32,000 nucleotides of DNA from Raphidiopsis brookii D9 (GCA_000175855.1 ACYB01000035.1:330001-362000), one strand, 5' to 3'. Positions 1 through 11,248 are shown, numbered from the stretch's first letter. Program-made: numbers and translations. Notes: a model not told the origin generated them from the sequence alone.

Positions 1-1394
1 AACTCGCTCAGTTTGAGTTGACTAAAACTGAACGCGATGCTGCTCTGGATGTAGTTAAAAGTGCAATTGCATCTAGCATTGAGTCACTTGGGGAAGAAGA
101 TCCTATTCGCACAGCTGCAACAGCTAATAGTCAAGTACTAACGAATACTTTTAAAGACATTACTAAGTACTTTATGCGTCGTCAAATTGTTGAAGACAAT
201 GTGCGAGTAGACGGTCGTAAGTTAGATGAAGTACGTCCTGTTTCATCCCAGGTAGGACTCCTACCTCGTCGTGTTCATGGTAGTGGATTATTTAATCGTG
301 GATTAACCCAAGTGTTATCAGCTTGTACCCTTGGCACACCGGGAGATGCCCAAAGTTTAAGTGATGATTTACAAGTGGATCAGTCTAAACGTTACTTACA
401 TCATTACAATTTCCCTCCTTTCTCCGTAGGTGAAACTAAACCCTTGCGGGCGCCTGGAAGACGGGAAATAGGGCATGGAGCCTTAGCGGAAAGGGCAATT
501 TTGCCTGTGCTTCCTACCAAAGAGCAATTCCCCTACGTCATTAGGGTGGTCTCGGAAGTTCTTTCTTCCAATGGCTCTACCTCTATGGGATCAGTTTGTG
601 GATCTACACTAGCTCTCATGGATGCGGGTGTTCCCATTACTAAACCTGTCAGCGGTGCTGCTATGGGTTTGATTAAGGAAGGATCGGAAGTACGAGTACT
701 AACTGATATTCAAGGTATTGAAGACTTTTTAGGCGATATGGACTTTAAAGTGGCCGGTACTGATACAGGAATCACCGCACTACAAATGGATATGAAAATC
801 TCTGGCTTGTCTCTAGACGTAATTAAACAAGCCCTGGAGCAAGCTAAGGATGCTCGATTGCACATTTTGGATAAGATGTTGCAAACTATAGACAAACCAC
901 GAACTGAAACTTCACCTTTTGCACCACGACTAGTCACAATTAAAATTGATCCTGATATGATTGGTTTGGTCATCGGTCCAGGTGGTAAGACCATCAAGGG
1001 TATTACGGAGGAAACCGGTGCTAAGATTGACATCGAAGATAGTGGTATTGTGACTATTTCCGCTATAGATGAAAGTAGAGCCAAACGGGCAAAAAGTATA
1101 ATTCAGGGCATGACCCGCAAGCTCCACGAGGGGGATGTGTACTTAGGTCGTGTAACAAGGATCATACCAATTGGGGCTTTTGTGGAATTTTTGCCTGGTA
1201 AGGAGGGCATGATCCATATTTCCCAGCTGGCCGATTATCGTGTAGGTAAGGTGGAAGATGAAGTAGCTGTTGGTGAGGAGGTAATTGTCAAGGTTCGTGA
1301 AATTGATAGTAAGGGAAGAATTAACCTGACACGATTGGGTATTCACCCAGATCAGGCAGCTGCTGCACGAGAGGCCGCAGCAACAAATCGCTAG
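1..1394 (+). CDS. pnp: Polyribonucleotide nucleotidyltransferase (PNPase), C-terminal ~460 aa; the 5' end lies outside the window
   Basis: The ORF is open to the window edge. The translation has RNase PH core motifs ([16 protein letters not shown]), a KH motif ([14 protein letters not shown]) and an S1 domain ([20 protein letters not shown]). Confidence 0.95.
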   Translation, partial: LAQFELTKTERDAALDVVKSAIASSIESLGEEDPIRTAATANSQVLTNTFKDITKYFMRRQIVEDNVRVDGRKLDEVRPVSSQVGLLPRRVHGSGLFNRGLTQVLSACTLGTPGDAQSLSDDLQVDQSKRYLHHYNFPPFSVGETKPLRAPGRREIGHGALAERAILPVLPTKEQFPYVIRVVSEVLSSNGSTSMGSVCGSTLALMDAGVPITKPVSGAAMGLIKEGSEVRVLTDIQGIEDFLGDMDFKVAGTDTGITALQMDMKISGLSLDVIKQALEQAKDARLHILDKMLQTIDKPRTETSPFAPRLVTIKIDPDMIGLVIGPGGKTIKGITEETGAKIDIEDSGIVTISAIDESRAKRAKSIIQGMTRKLHEGDVYLGRVTRIIPIGAFVEFLPGKEGMIHISQLADYRVGKVEDEVAVGEEVIVKVREIDSKGRINLTRLGIHPDQAAAAREAAATNR

Positions 1395-1542
1395 TTTTAC
1401 ATAGCTTTGTCTACAAGGTTTAAGTAAAGAGGTGTTCTGGCTCACCCCCGGTGGCCGTGACACCTGGGTAATGGGATATTCTCCAGCAATTGTATAATTT
1501 TCTTAAGTCCAAGGAAAATTTAAAATTTACAGTTGTTATTCC

Positions 1543-1809
1543 ATGGTCAGGGCTAAACGTTTACCAGAAACTACTGCCCACGTGAGAATCACCCGTCAAT
1601 CCTGGCAACATGGCCTTCTTGAGGGTGATGTCAGTGCTGGCAATTTTGAATGGCATTTTGAATGGTATTTTCTCCGGGGAGAACTTTCCATTCAACCCTC
1701 TCGGGGAAGGGCCTTGATTAGGGATCCCCTGGGACGCTTTTTAGAAAAACAAGATTATCAGTTGGAACCGGGAGGAGATTATACTTTTATTATTCGCGCC
1801 GAAATATGA
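1543..1809 (+). CDS. Small hypothetical protein (88 aa)
   Basis: ATG-initiated ORF in an otherwise empty intergenic gap. No motif was recognised. Confidence 0.4.
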   Translation: MVRAKRLPETTAHVRITRQSWQHGLLEGDVSAGNFEWHFEWYFLRGELSIQPSRGRALIRDPLGRFLEKQDYQLEPGGDYTFIIRAEI

Positions 1810-1860
1810 ATTATAGCCACTACAGGCAATTCATAAACACTCCAATACTATTGGTCACAA

Positions 1861-2313
1861 CTAGAGGTTTTTGTGACAAACTCCAGTTTCTTCAAGATAG
1901 CGTTCAATTAAGAGAATTGCCACAATATCATCTATAACTCGTGGTGGTTGACGTAAACCTTTGGGTACGAGATTTGTCAATCCTCTGGGAGGAAACATCT
2001 GCCAATAACGATCCCTTGCAGCTAAGGTAGTGTAACGTTCATCTACTAAAATGATATCCAAACTGGGGTTTAATTCCTGCTCCAGTTGCTGTTTCCAAGT
2101 TTTGGCTGTGGTTTGATTTCCCATCACAATTGTGGAAATGGAAAAAGTTGTCCTGAAATCGGAAATACGGGTGATGACCTGTTTAGCGGGCACAACTTCG
2201 TGATGATAAAGTTTACGGTCTATTCCCATTACTGCTACACCACACTTGTCACGTCCAGGGTCAAAGCCTAAAATTGTGGACTGTGTTTTTATACAATTTA
2301 TTATATTATTCAT
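1861..2313 (-). CDS. ruvX: YqgF/RuvX-like putative Holliday junction resolvase / pre-16S rRNA nuclease
   Basis: N-terminal ILGFDPGRDKCGVAV and the later ILVDERYTTLAA fit the YqgF RNase H-fold pattern. The ORF track starts at a TTG (2319), but the ATG at 2313 lies 2 nt after the upstream gene's TGA, which suggests translational coupling. Confidence 0.65.
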   Translation of the reverse strand: MNNIINCIKTQSTILGFDPGRDKCGVAVMGIDRKLYHHEVVPAKQVITRISDFRTTFSISTIVMGNQTTAKTWKQQLEQELNPSLDIILVDERYTTLAARDRYWQMFPPRGLTNLVPKGLRQPPRVIDDIVAILLIERYLEETGVCHKNL

Positions 2314-2315
2314 TT

Positions 2316-3806
2316 TCAAGTGCTAAAAACAGTTTTTCCATTGGATATTGCCACCAGTCTAACTCTTAAAGGACCTGCAGTATATATATTTTCTGCAGCA
2401 ACTGCTTTTACTTCCAAAGGTTGTTGAGACTGCTCTAGTTCAGAAAAAAATCGTAAAAAAGTGCCATCTATCTCTATTCTCTCCACAATGCCAGCATTTC
2501 GCGCACGGAACTGGGAAGCAGAAATTACTAGATCTAGCCTTTGACGCAGTTGATATGATGTCATACTTTTCATATCCGCAGAGGTTGTGGCCAATACCTG
2601 ACCAGCAGAAAATACTAGTTGATTGGGCATAGCATCGGCGAAAAATTCTATTTGTTTTTCCCCTCTTACGTAGTTACCAGCAGAAAAAATTCTCACTACA
2701 TATTCCCGACCATCCTGAATTTGTTTAGTCAGTTGTTCCACCCTTTCTTCACTTATACGTAGTAAGTCTGTATTATTTTGGTTAGTTCCTGGTTCATTTA
2801 ATTGAGTGCTGGCGTTATTATTAGCTTCCTGAAATATTTGGCTAATGACCTGATTGGCAACATTAGGTTTCTTGACACTAACTACAGCGGATGCTATTAC
2901 CTGACCACGAACTAAAGCTAGTTTACCTAAACGTAGATCGCGATAAGACTGATAATATTTTTCTAACCTTGCTACTTCTTGTTCTAAATACTGCTGCTGT
3001 TTTTCCAGCTCCCCTAGTTGCACTTCTCTACTAGCGATAATTTGTTCTCGTTTCCTAATTTCTAAATTGCGATTTTGAATTAGCCTATCTAAACCAGCAA
3101 TTTTTCGATCTCGCTGTGCAATAATTGCCTTCCGGTTAAACAATTCTCTATCTCGTTTGGTAACTGCATTTTTAGCCTCGTCAATAGCCTGTTGCGCTTG
3201 AGCATATAACTCCTGACGTTCACTCCTTAATTCTCCCACTGCCAATTGTAAGGCTTGGCGTTGTTGGTATAAATTTTCCAGTTCACCCAGGGCCTGTCTA
3301 TACTGAATCACAACTTTACCTAGTTTGCTCTGGGTTCCCCGGAGTTGAGTTTGAGTTTTAATCTGTTTTGTATTAGTAATATCAAGTTTAGCTTGTGTAC
3401 TTTTCTGTTTACTATTTGCTTCTTGTAAAGACTTATTTGTTTGTATTAGCTTATCTTTAGCTTCTTCTTGAGCTTTTCTAGCTGCAATTAGTCTATTTTC
3501 TATGTTAATCCTTTGATCCTCAGCAACTTTTAGTTGTTCCCGTTTATTTCTGAGATCTTTTTGAATATCTTCCAACTCAAACACACCCTTCCTCAATCCC
3601 TCGTCAGCGGCAAATAAAATGGCCAAAGTGGTAGCAGAAATCACACTACCCGTAAAAATAGTGACAACAACTGCCGTTTTCTTCGGACGTAAATTAAACA
3701 GAGATAAACGTGCCTTACCTACTTTGGTGCCAATGCGATCGCCGAGGGTGGCAATCACACCGCCCAAAATTAAAATTGCTGCTATGAGGATGTACCCAGT
3801 GGCCAT
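2316..3806 (-). CDS. N-terminally membrane-anchored long coiled-coil protein (cyanobacterial DUF3084-like)
   Basis: There are two N-terminal hydrophobic helices followed by about 250 aa of Q/E/K/R/L-rich heptad-like sequence and a globular C-terminus. The family name is from memory only. Confidence 0.6.
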   Translation of the reverse strand: MATGYILIAAILILGGVIATLGDRIGTKVGKARLSLFNLRPKKTAVVVTIFTGSVISATTLAILFAADEGLRKGVFELEDIQKDLRNKREQLKVAEDQRINIENRLIAARKAQEEAKDKLIQTNKSLQEANSKQKSTQAKLDITNTKQIKTQTQLRGTQSKLGKVVIQYRQALGELENLYQQRQALQLAVGELRSERQELYAQAQQAIDEAKNAVTKRDRELFNRKAIIAQRDRKIAGLDRLIQNRNLEIRKREQIIASREVQLGELEKQQQYLEQEVARLEKYYQSYRDLRLGKLALVRGQVIASAVVSVKKPNVANQVISQIFQEANNNASTQLNEPGTNQNNTDLLRISEERVEQLTKQIQDGREYVVRIFSAGNYVRGEKQIEFFADAMPNQLVFSAGQVLATTSADMKSMTSYQLRQRLDLVISASQFRARNAGIVERIEIDGTFLRFFSELEQSQQPLEVKAVAAENIYTAGPLRVRLVAISNGKTVFST

Positions 3807-4042
3807 CTTAATCCTACCGCCAAAAAAGCTTTCATATACATTTTACTAATTCTATCCATGGTCTGTAGAGGAAAACAGCTGGAAAAAATAACAAAGTTCA
3901 AATATTGTTTGATAGTCAGCGTGGAGGCCAGCCACAACAGTTTATTTTTGCACCTTTTGCTTTATGATTAAAATACCCCTAGGGGGGATTTTACAGTGTG
4001 ATACTGTAGAAAAGTAAAGTTTAGTAACAAATATTAAAAACT

Positions 4043-4831
4043 TTGATTAGTAAAACACTCTCATCCTACAAAACTGTGAACTACTCCATTAAAAATGATT
4101 TACATACTTCCGATAGCAAAGCCATAAGTATAGATGAGTTCCATTCTCCTCTGTTCTTATTACCCGCCTTACCGAGAGCGATCGCCACCAGTCAAAGTTG
4201 GTTAATATTTGGAGCTGCGGTGTTTTTAGTATCCGTACCCGTATTTATAGAAGCGCCCCTAGTTAGATTTTTACCAACTATAAGTCTAGCCATTACTGGA
4301 TTATGGGTGTGGTTAAGTTTACAATTAATGTCCAATGAAAAAACTTATATTTGGGGTGATTTACTTCTAGGATTTAGTCTTACCTGGTTAACAGGGGCAA
4401 TTTACTGGGGTTGGTTAAGGTGGGAACCACTGTGGCACTTGCCCATAGAATCTATATGTCTACCCATGGCACTTTGGTGTTTACACAGAAACTGGGGTAA
4501 GATTGGTAACTTGTTTTATCTTGGTTCTCTATTTGGTACAGTCCTAACGGATGTATATTACTACCTAGTAGACCTAATCCCCTATTGGCGACAAATTATG
4601 AGAACTGATGTTCTGGGAGCATCAGAAATATTTAAAAATGCCTTAGCACAAGTACAAACTCCCTGGGGAGAAGGCTGGGCTATAGTTTTAGCTATATCAC
4701 TATTAGTTGCTGGTTTAGTGCCATTAAAAAATAAACAAAAGCATTGGTATGCATTTAGTGGAGCGGTTTTGAGTACAATCCTAGTAGACAGTCTATTTCT
4801 AGTAGCTGCGATTCTGGCTAAAAATTCTTAA
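4043..4831 (+). CDS. Multi-pass integral membrane protein (conserved cyanobacterial, DUF3120-like); true start uncertain
   Basis: Six or more hydrophobic segments rich in W/L/G. The TTG start in the track is uncertain, so the N-terminal ~40 aa may not be translated. Confidence 0.6.
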   Translation: MISKTLSSYKTVNYSIKNDLHTSDSKAISIDEFHSPLFLLPALPRAIATSQSWLIFGAAVFLVSVPVFIEAPLVRFLPTISLAITGLWVWLSLQLMSNEKTYIWGDLLLGFSLTWLTGAIYWGWLRWEPLWHLPIESICLPMALWCLHRNWGKIGNLFYLGSLFGTVLTDVYYYLVDLIPYWRQIMRTDVLGASEIFKNALAQVQTPWGEGWAIVLAISLLVAGLVPLKNKQKHWYAFSGAVLSTILVDSLFLVAAILAKNS

Positions 4832-4952
4832 CCATGGGAGAGCAACTAACTCATAGAGTGTCAATCAGAAGTTGTATAGTAGTTTTTGACTCCTACAAAC
4901 ATTCCCTCAGTGGAATGAGATCGGACTACCTGTGGGGGTTGATTTTTGTTTG

Positions 4953-5402
4953 ATGGAAAGAGGAAAGAAAATTGTGAAAGGATTAGTGCGTTTATTAACA
5001 GTTTTTAGTTTGTTACTGGGATGCTGGGGATGGTTAGGAATAACCCCAGCAGCTCAAGCTTGGGATTTTAGCCATGTTAACCTATACCAAACGCCAATTT
5101 TGGCAATTGCTCGCCAAAATAAAGCTGATCAGAAACTAGCAACGGATTTTGGTAAAAAAATAGACTTGAATAATACCAACATTTCTCGATTTCAAGGGAT
5201 CAGAGGGTTTTATCCGGTTCTGGCTAAAAAAATCATTGCTAATGCTCCCTATGCTAAGGTAGAAGACGTGTTGGAAATTAAGGGTTTGAGCGATCGCCAG
5301 AAAAAACTTCTAGCAAATAATTTAAGTCAATTTACCGTAACAAAATACGATGCTGAATTCAATGAAGGCGATGATCGTATTAACAACGGTATTTACAGAT
5401 AA
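4953..5402 (+). CDS. psbU: Photosystem II 12 kDa extrinsic protein PsbU
   Basis: The C-terminal sequence KIDLNNTNISRFQGIRGFYPVLAKKIIANAPYAKVEDVLEIKGLSDRQKKLL...GDDRINNGIYR closely resembles known PsbU. The N-terminus has a signal peptide ending in AQA. The ATG at 4953 is preferred over the GTG at 4932. Confidence 0.9.
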   Translation: MERGKKIVKGLVRLLTVFSLLLGCWGWLGITPAAQAWDFSHVNLYQTPILAIARQNKADQKLATDFGKKIDLNNTNISRFQGIRGFYPVLAKKIIANAPYAKVEDVLEIKGLSDRQKKLLANNLSQFTVTKYDAEFNEGDDRINNGIYR

Positions 5403-5428
5403 GACAAATACCTAATGGGTGAGGAGGG

Positions 5429-7159
5429 GTGAACAATTTTATCCCCCTAATCTCCCATTTTCTGATTCCTTGTTTATACCCATATACCTTAACCTTGACT
5501 GAAATAGATATTAATCAGACATTTGATGTATTAGTAATAGGTGCTGGTGCTGCTGGACTATACACAGCTTTATGTTTACCTGCATCCTTACGAATTGGCT
5601 TAATTACTAAGGAAAATCTTACCCTATCTGCTAGTGATTGGGCCCAGGGTGGTATTGCTGCTGCCATATCCCCAGAGGATTCACCAAAACTCCATATTGA
5701 GGACACCTTAAAAGCTGGTGCAGGTTTGTGTGATGTTAAATCGGTAGAATTCTTAGCCCATAAAGCTCCCGATTGCATTCAAGCCTTAGTAAATTTAGGC
5801 GTAGCCTTTGATCGTCATGGTACAAGCCTAGCCTTAACCTTAGAAGCTGCTCATTCCCGTCATCGAGTGCTCCATGCAGCAGATACTACAGGTAGGGAAG
5901 TAACCACCACCCTAGCAAATCAAGTATTATGTTGTCCAAATATTCAAGTGATTCAACAGGCTTTAGCCCTTTCTATCTGGTTAGATACAAAAACTGGACA
6001 CTGTCAGGGAATTAGTCTGTTTTATGAGGGAGAAGTAACTTGGCTAAGAGCGGGTGCAGTAGTTTTAGCCACAGGTGGTGGAGGTCAAGTATTTGCTCAA
6101 ACTACTAATCCAGCAGTCAGTACAGGTGATGGGGTGGCCATAGCTTGGCGTTCGGGTGCGATTATTCGCGATCCAGAATTTGTGCAATTTCATCCTACCG
6201 CGTTAATAAAACCAGGAAGGTTTTTAATTAGTGAAGCTGTAAGGGGGGAGGGAGCCCACTTAATTGATGATCAGGGGCGACGTTTTGCGTTTGATTATCA
6301 TCCCGCAGGTGAACTAGCACCCAGAGATGTGGTCAGTAGAGCTATCTTTAGTCATCTACAAGGTACCACCAAGGATTTAGCTACTGCCCATGTTTGGTTA
6401 GATATGCGTCCCATAGATCCGGATAGAATTCGCCAAAGGTTTCCTAATATTATTAAAGTTTGTCAGTACTGGTCCATAGATGTATTTAGTCAACCTATTC
6501 CCGTATCTCCCGCAGCCCATTATTGGATGGGTGGTATTCTCACGAATTTAGAAAATCGCACTTCCATTCCCGGTTTATATGCTGTGGGAGAAACTGCTAG
6601 TACTGGTGTGCATGGTGCCAATCGTCTGGCCAGTAATTCCCTACTAGAATGTATAGTGTTTGGGGCACAGATGGCTGATTTGAAATTGCCATCGGTAATA
6701 CCATCCAATTTACATCCCAGTCATCCCAGTTCCTGGGAATGTAATTTAAGCGGGTGGGAAAGCCAAAAATCAGTATTAGAAAGTATGAGAGAAAATTTGC
6801 CGCGACTAGTTTGGCAAAGTGCAGGTATTTGTCGAGAACAAGTAAGTCTAGACCAGGCGATCGCTCAGGTTGTATTTTGGCAAGGGGAGTTTGCCAGTTT
6901 ACCTTTGAGTCAGTTTTTAAAAACCTTACCTGGTGGAACACCAGCTAAATTTAATTATTCCGATATCAATCAGTTATTGCGTCTATGGGCAGAAACCCAA
7001 AATTTATTAGATGTGGCTTATTTAATTCTTAAAAGTGCTGCTTTTAGGAAAGAAAGTCGAGGTGGGCATTATCGTTCAGATTATCCGGAAGTGGTTAATG
7101 AATGGCAAGTGCACACAATGATCCAAGATGATCGTTGGTGGAAATCTGAGGGAATTTAG
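5429..7159 (+). CDS. nadB: L-aspartate oxidase
   Basis: FAD-binding DVLVIGAGAAGL, plus RHRVLHAADTTG and ESRGGHYRSDYP motifs. The start is uncertain: GTG at 5429 or in-frame TTG at 5495. Confidence 0.9.
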   Translation: MNNFIPLISHFLIPCLYPYTLTLTEIDINQTFDVLVIGAGAAGLYTALCLPASLRIGLITKENLTLSASDWAQGGIAAAISPEDSPKLHIEDTLKAGAGLCDVKSVEFLAHKAPDCIQALVNLGVAFDRHGTSLALTLEAAHSRHRVLHAADTTGREVTTTLANQVLCCPNIQVIQQALALSIWLDTKTGHCQGISLFYEGEVTWLRAGAVVLATGGGGQVFAQTTNPAVSTGDGVAIAWRSGAIIRDPEFVQFHPTALIKPGRFLISEAVRGEGAHLIDDQGRRFAFDYHPAGELAPRDVVSRAIFSHLQGTTKDLATAHVWLDMRPIDPDRIRQRFPNIIKVCQYWSIDVFSQPIPVSPAAHYWMGGILTNLENRTSIPGLYAVGETASTGVHGANRLASNSLLECIVFGAQMADLKLPSVIPSNLHPSHPSSWECNLSGWESQKSVLESMRENLPRLVWQSAGICREQVSLDQAIAQVVFWQGEFASLPLSQFLKTLPGGTPAKFNYSDINQLLRLWAETQNLLDVAYLILKSAAFRKESRGGHYRSDYPEVVNEWQVHTMIQDDRWWKSEGI

Positions 7160-7299
7160 GGTGAAAAACTATCAGTTACCATCCAAACTAAAACTTCTAG
7201 TATGGATGTGAGTGTACTGCTAGCAGTAATTGGTTGAATTTGTGGTCTTCAACTGTATTGATTCCAAAAGTTTGTTTGACTTTTTTCAGTCCAACTTAC

Positions 7300-8310
7300 T
7301 TACCGAAAGTATTTGAAATTTTGTGGACCCATATAACCGCTCAGTCTAGCTAAATCACTCAAATTTTGCACTCCACTATAGATTTTACCGTTAATTATCC
7401 AAGAGGGGAAGCCCTCAATCTTTGCTGCTTTACAGAGTGCTGGTTTACCTTTAGGACTGTCTGCAGTACATTCTACTGTGATGTTATTATTATTGATGAT
7501 TTGATAGGCTTCTTTACCAAAGAGTAGCTTCTGTTCATGACAATGGGGACACCAATAGGCAACGTACTCTTTAGCACCAATTTTTACTAAGTGCTGGGCT
7601 AGAGCAATTTCCGATTCTCCTGATTTGGTGGTTATTTCCCAACCAAAATTAGGATTGGGTTCTTCCCTGGGTGAAAAAGTAATACGTTGCTGACCGGAGG
7701 TGGTAGTATCAGTAGTGATATCAATAGGGGGTTTCGAGTAAATACCTAAAGTGGTAATTAGTGTGACTACAACAACTATCAACCCAATAAACAGAACTTG
7801 ACCTATATCCTCCCATTCTCTTCCTAAAACTGTCAAAATCAGCATACTCAAAGCAAAAAATGCTGATGCAATACAGTACCAACATACGGCTTGCAGTTGG
7901 AATGCTAGAACATACATTAAATAGCTACTGAACATACTCATGGCGATCGCCCCGATCAATAGTAGCCACCAACTTAAATTCTCTATTTGTTCTGTACTCT
8001 TGGTTTGACTACTTTTCTTGCTATTTTTATCCTTTAATCTTAGCAGAATAGGAGACATAGCTAGTATAAACATGGCTGTGTATGCTAACAATCCAAACAG
8101 AGCCAAAGGTTGACCAAACACAGTTCCCCAGTAACTGGAAAGAACATCCACACAACCTTTAACCTGCTCCCCAGCATTACATATAGGCGTACCACCCGTT
8201 AATTTTTCGTAAGTAAGATAACCAGTGTTAAGAATACCAAGAGTAGCGATCGCCCCGATGAGGGGACGAGACCAGTAATGAATCCAGGGAGTAGAACGAC
8301 GACGAATCAT
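7300..8310 (-). CDS. Vitamin K epoxide reductase (VKOR) family protein fused to a thioredoxin-like domain
   Basis: The membrane domain has a loop cysteine pair (CNAGEQVKGC) and an intramembrane CWYC. The C-terminal domain has WCPHC. Confidence 0.85.
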   Translation of the reverse strand: MIRRRSTPWIHYWSRPLIGAIATLGILNTGYLTYEKLTGGTPICNAGEQVKGCVDVLSSYWGTVFGQPLALFGLLAYTAMFILAMSPILLRLKDKNSKKSSQTKSTEQIENLSWWLLLIGAIAMSMFSSYLMYVLAFQLQAVCWYCIASAFFALSMLILTVLGREWEDIGQVLFIGLIVVVVTLITTLGIYSKPPIDITTDTTTSGQQRITFSPREEPNPNFGWEITTKSGESEIALAQHLVKIGAKEYVAYWCPHCHEQKLLFGKEAYQIINNNNITVECTADSPKGKPALCKAAKIEGFPSWIINGKIYSGVQNLSDLARLSGYMGPQNFKYFR

Positions 8311-8357
8311 AATTGTTTATCAGTTTAGTTATTTAGTAGTATTTTTGAACAAAACAA

Positions 8358-9170
8358 TTAAATTTTTGTAGTGATGCTTCTATGAGCAGCTTCTACAAAT
8401 TGACTCACACGGGTAGGATCAATGGGTTGAGAGATTTGACCATGACGTTTGAGAGAGCTGGAAACAATGACCCCATCAACTACTGGCATAAGAGTGCCAA
8501 TATTTTCCCAATCAGCACCGCTACCGATAAATACTGGAGTAGTAGCAGCAACCCTGCTAGCCAATTTTAAATCTTCCAAGCTGGGAGGACTACCAGTTTC
8601 CAAACCCGATAAAATCACCCCATCAGCCAAACCCCTTTCTATGGTATCTTTAATGGCCACACTCAGATGAGGATGACCTAAGGGACGAGCATGTTTAACT
8701 AATACATCAGCCAGAATTTTCACATCGGAACCTAATTCTCGACGATAACGGAGTAACTGATGTGCCCTTCCTTCTATTAATCCTTGATCGGTATCCATAA
8801 CACCGGTCAGAACATTAACACGAATGAATTCAGCCTTTACACAACTGGCGATCGCCATGGCACTTTCCGCATCGTTTCTTAAAACATTTAAACCCAGAGG
8901 TAAAGTGACCAGATTTTGAATTCTCTGTACTGCTAGGGTCATAGCACTAACCACAGCAGGATCAACGTGATTTTTAGTAAAGGGGGCATCAAAAAAATTT
9001 TCTACAATTAAAGCATCCACCCCACCACTGGCCAGGGCGGTAGCTTCCTGTTCAGCGCGGTCAATTACTGCTTTCAGACTACCTCCCCAGCGGGCTGATG
9101 TGGGTAAAGGTAGTAAATGAACTACACCAATAATGGGTTTACGAGTTTTGAATAGTTTATATAAGTTCAC
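8358..9170 (-). CDS. btpA: BtpA/SgcQ family protein (photosystem I biogenesis protein BtpA)
   Basis: N-terminal KPIIGVVHLLPLPTSARWGG and a TIM-barrel-like pattern typical of BtpA. Confidence 0.85.
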   Translation of the reverse strand: MNLYKLFKTRKPIIGVVHLLPLPTSARWGGSLKAVIDRAEQEATALASGGVDALIVENFFDAPFTKNHVDPAVVSAMTLAVQRIQNLVTLPLGLNVLRNDAESAMAIASCVKAEFIRVNVLTGVMDTDQGLIEGRAHQLLRYRRELGSDVKILADVLVKHARPLGHPHLSVAIKDTIERGLADGVILSGLETGSPPSLEDLKLASRVAATTPVFIGSGADWENIGTLMPVVDGVIVSSSLKRHGQISQPIDPTRVSQFVEAAHRSITTKI

Positions 9171-9864
9171 GTTTTTAATTTGACTAGAGCATTCTTGAAT
9201 CCAGGGATGGGGAGGTTGAGGGGGAGTTACAGTTCCTGTGGGTTCTCCACCAGATTTAACTGGTCATTGTCTTAATGTGTTTTGGCGTATTATTCAGAAA
9301 TTAATAAATCTCCTCATGCTCAAGATGTAAATTGCTGTTAAACCTTTCATAAGATATGTTAAGATAAAACTTGGCTACAAGAGGAGCTTGCCACTCAAAA
9401 AAATGCAAGACAAGTGTCCTGATTTTTCGGTATCTGGCTGTATGTAATATACAGCACAATCCTAAGAACCAGGTCGTGGAACTGCTTGATGGGTTTAGTC
9501 GCCTTGGCGATTTCCCGGAGGGTAGCAACTTCTCAAAAACAGCCCTTGGGGCGGCTTCCCGATGGGTAAATTAACAACGCGCACGCTAGGGTTTTGTAAA
9601 ATACCATTAAGCGAATCGTTAAAAAATATGAAAAGTGTCCTAACTACCTACCCAAAGACACCAGAATTTACCCGAGGAAACAAAATAACAAGAACATCAT
9701 AACATAACCTCAATCATCAAGTATGAATGGGGTTAGACCGTGTCGAGCATAAACTAGAAATCTAGAGTATAGATATCAAAAGAGAGTGTTCAATGCGGGT
9801 TTAAGGTGCAAGGAAGGTGTCCATCAACTTGTGTTAACAAAAAAAGTGAAGATATATTCAAGAT

Positions 9865-11184
9865 ATGGGTGATAAGCCAACAATTGCCATTTCACACCTA
9901 GGCTGCGAGAAAAACCGAATAGATACAGAACACATATTAGGACTGCTGGTAGAAGCGGGATACAGTGTGGACACGAACGAGGAATTAGCAGACTATGTGA
10001 TAGTAAATACCTGTAGTTTCATTGAAGCTGCCAGGGAAGAATCGGTGAGAACTCTAGTGGAGTTAGCCGAGTCTAACAAAAAGATAGTAATTGCTGGTTG
10101 TATGGCCCAGCACTTTCAAGAGCAACTATTAGAGGAGTTACCAGAAGCGGTAGCGGTAGTAGGGACTGGTGACTACCACAAGATAGTGAATGTGCTTGAG
10201 CGGGTGGAGAGGGGAGAGAGAGTCAAACAAATTAGTGTTGACCCTACATATATAGCGGACGAAAACACGCCCCGTTATAGAACAACCACAGAAGGAGTAG
10301 CTTATCTTAGAGTTGCTGAAGGCTGTGATTATGGTTGTGCATTTTGTATTATTCCCTATTTAAGAGGCAATCAGCGATCGCGTACCATTGAATCAATAGT
10401 AGGGGAAGCCAAGCAACTAGCAGCGCAGGGAGTCAAGGAGCTAATTTTGATTTCCCAGATTACGACCAACTACGGGTTAGACATTTATGGTCAACCCAAA
10501 TTGGCCGAATTGATTAGCGCCTTGGGGGAAGTAGATATTCCCTGGGTAAGAATGCACTACGCCTATCCCACAGGAATAACACCGGATGTGATTAAGGCAA
10601 TTCAAGAAACGGCGAATTTCCTTCCTTACTTGGATTTGCCCTTACAACATTCCCATCCTGAAATACTGCGCGCCATGAATCGTCCCTGGCAAGGTAGAGT
10701 AAATGATGGAATTATTGAGCGGATAAAAACCGCGCTACCAGAAGCAGTGTTGAGGACAACATTTATAGTTGGGTTTCCTGGGGAGACACAAGAGCATTTT
10801 GATCATTTGTTGGAGTTTACGGAGCGACATCAATTTGATCATTTGGGAGTTTTCACATTTTCACCGGAAGAGGGGACTCCAGCGTATAACCTACCAAATC
10901 AGTTACCACAGGAATTGATGGTAGAAAGACGGAATCAACTCATGGAAATACAACAGCCCATTTCCCTGCACAAAAATTGGCAGCAAGTGGGAAGAATAGT
11001 TGATGTCCTAATTGAACAAGAAAATCCCCAAACGGGGGATTTAATAGGACGTTCCGACAGATTTGCCCCGGAAGTAGATGGTCAAGTATATGTTCAGGGG
11101 AAAGCCAGCTTAGGAACAATAGTGCCTGTAAAAATCACCACTGCGGATGCTTATGATCTATACGGTGAAGTAGTCATGGCATAG
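9865..11184 (+). CDS. rimO: Ribosomal protein S12 methylthiotransferase RimO (radical SAM)
   Basis: N-terminal UPF0004 cysteines ([18 protein letters not shown]), a radical [11 protein letters not shown] motif and a C-terminal TRAM-like domain. Confidence 0.9.
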   Translation: MGDKPTIAISHLGCEKNRIDTEHILGLLVEAGYSVDTNEELADYVIVNTCSFIEAAREESVRTLVELAESNKKIVIAGCMAQHFQEQLLEELPEAVAVVGTGDYHKIVNVLERVERGERVKQISVDPTYIADENTPRYRTTTEGVAYLRVAEGCDYGCAFCIIPYLRGNQRSRTIESIVGEAKQLAAQGVKELILISQITTNYGLDIYGQPKLAELISALGEVDIPWVRMHYAYPTGITPDVIKAIQETANFLPYLDLPLQHSHPEILRAMNRPWQGRVNDGIIERIKTALPEAVLRTTFIVGFPGETQEHFDHLLEFTERHQFDHLGVFTFSPEEGTPAYNLPNQLPQELMVERRNQLMEIQQPISLHKNWQQVGRIVDVLIEQENPQTGDLIGRSDRFAPEVDGQVYVQGKASLGTIVPVKITTADAYDLYGEVVMA

Positions 11185-11248
11185 CAACCAAGTCCAAATA
11201 CAGATCTAAATAGAGATCCACAACTCACAATAAAATTTAGGAGAATTA

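Noticed and set aside
710-1463. Minus-strand ORFs 710-1084, 930-1127 and 1143-1463, antisense to or just beyond pnp
   Set aside because: They are shadow ORFs opposite a strongly supported gene, with low-complexity or Cys/Ser-rich translations and no motifs. The same reasoning applies to the other antisense ORFs: 2086-2271, 3619-3849, 5515-5778, 6520-6941, 8382-8670, 11723-11905, 14406-14913, 15602-15955, 17484-17765, 18340-18965, 20567-20749, 21630-22010, 24547-24747, 25405-25672, 26062-26283, 27653-27844, 29243-29533, 30390-30620 and 31455-31670.
9236-9262. The string tctccacca, reminiscent of a tmRNA/tRNA 3' end
   Set aside because: There is no adjacent T-arm (GGTTCGA-type) or acceptor-stem complementarity, so this is most likely chance.
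9301-9574. ORFs 9301-9528 (minus) and 9371-9574 (plus) in the large intergenic gap
   Set aside because: The starts are non-ATG or poorly supported, no SD is present, and the translations are Cys/Arg/Ser-rich and look non-coding. The region is better explained as non-coding and possibly a structured RNA.
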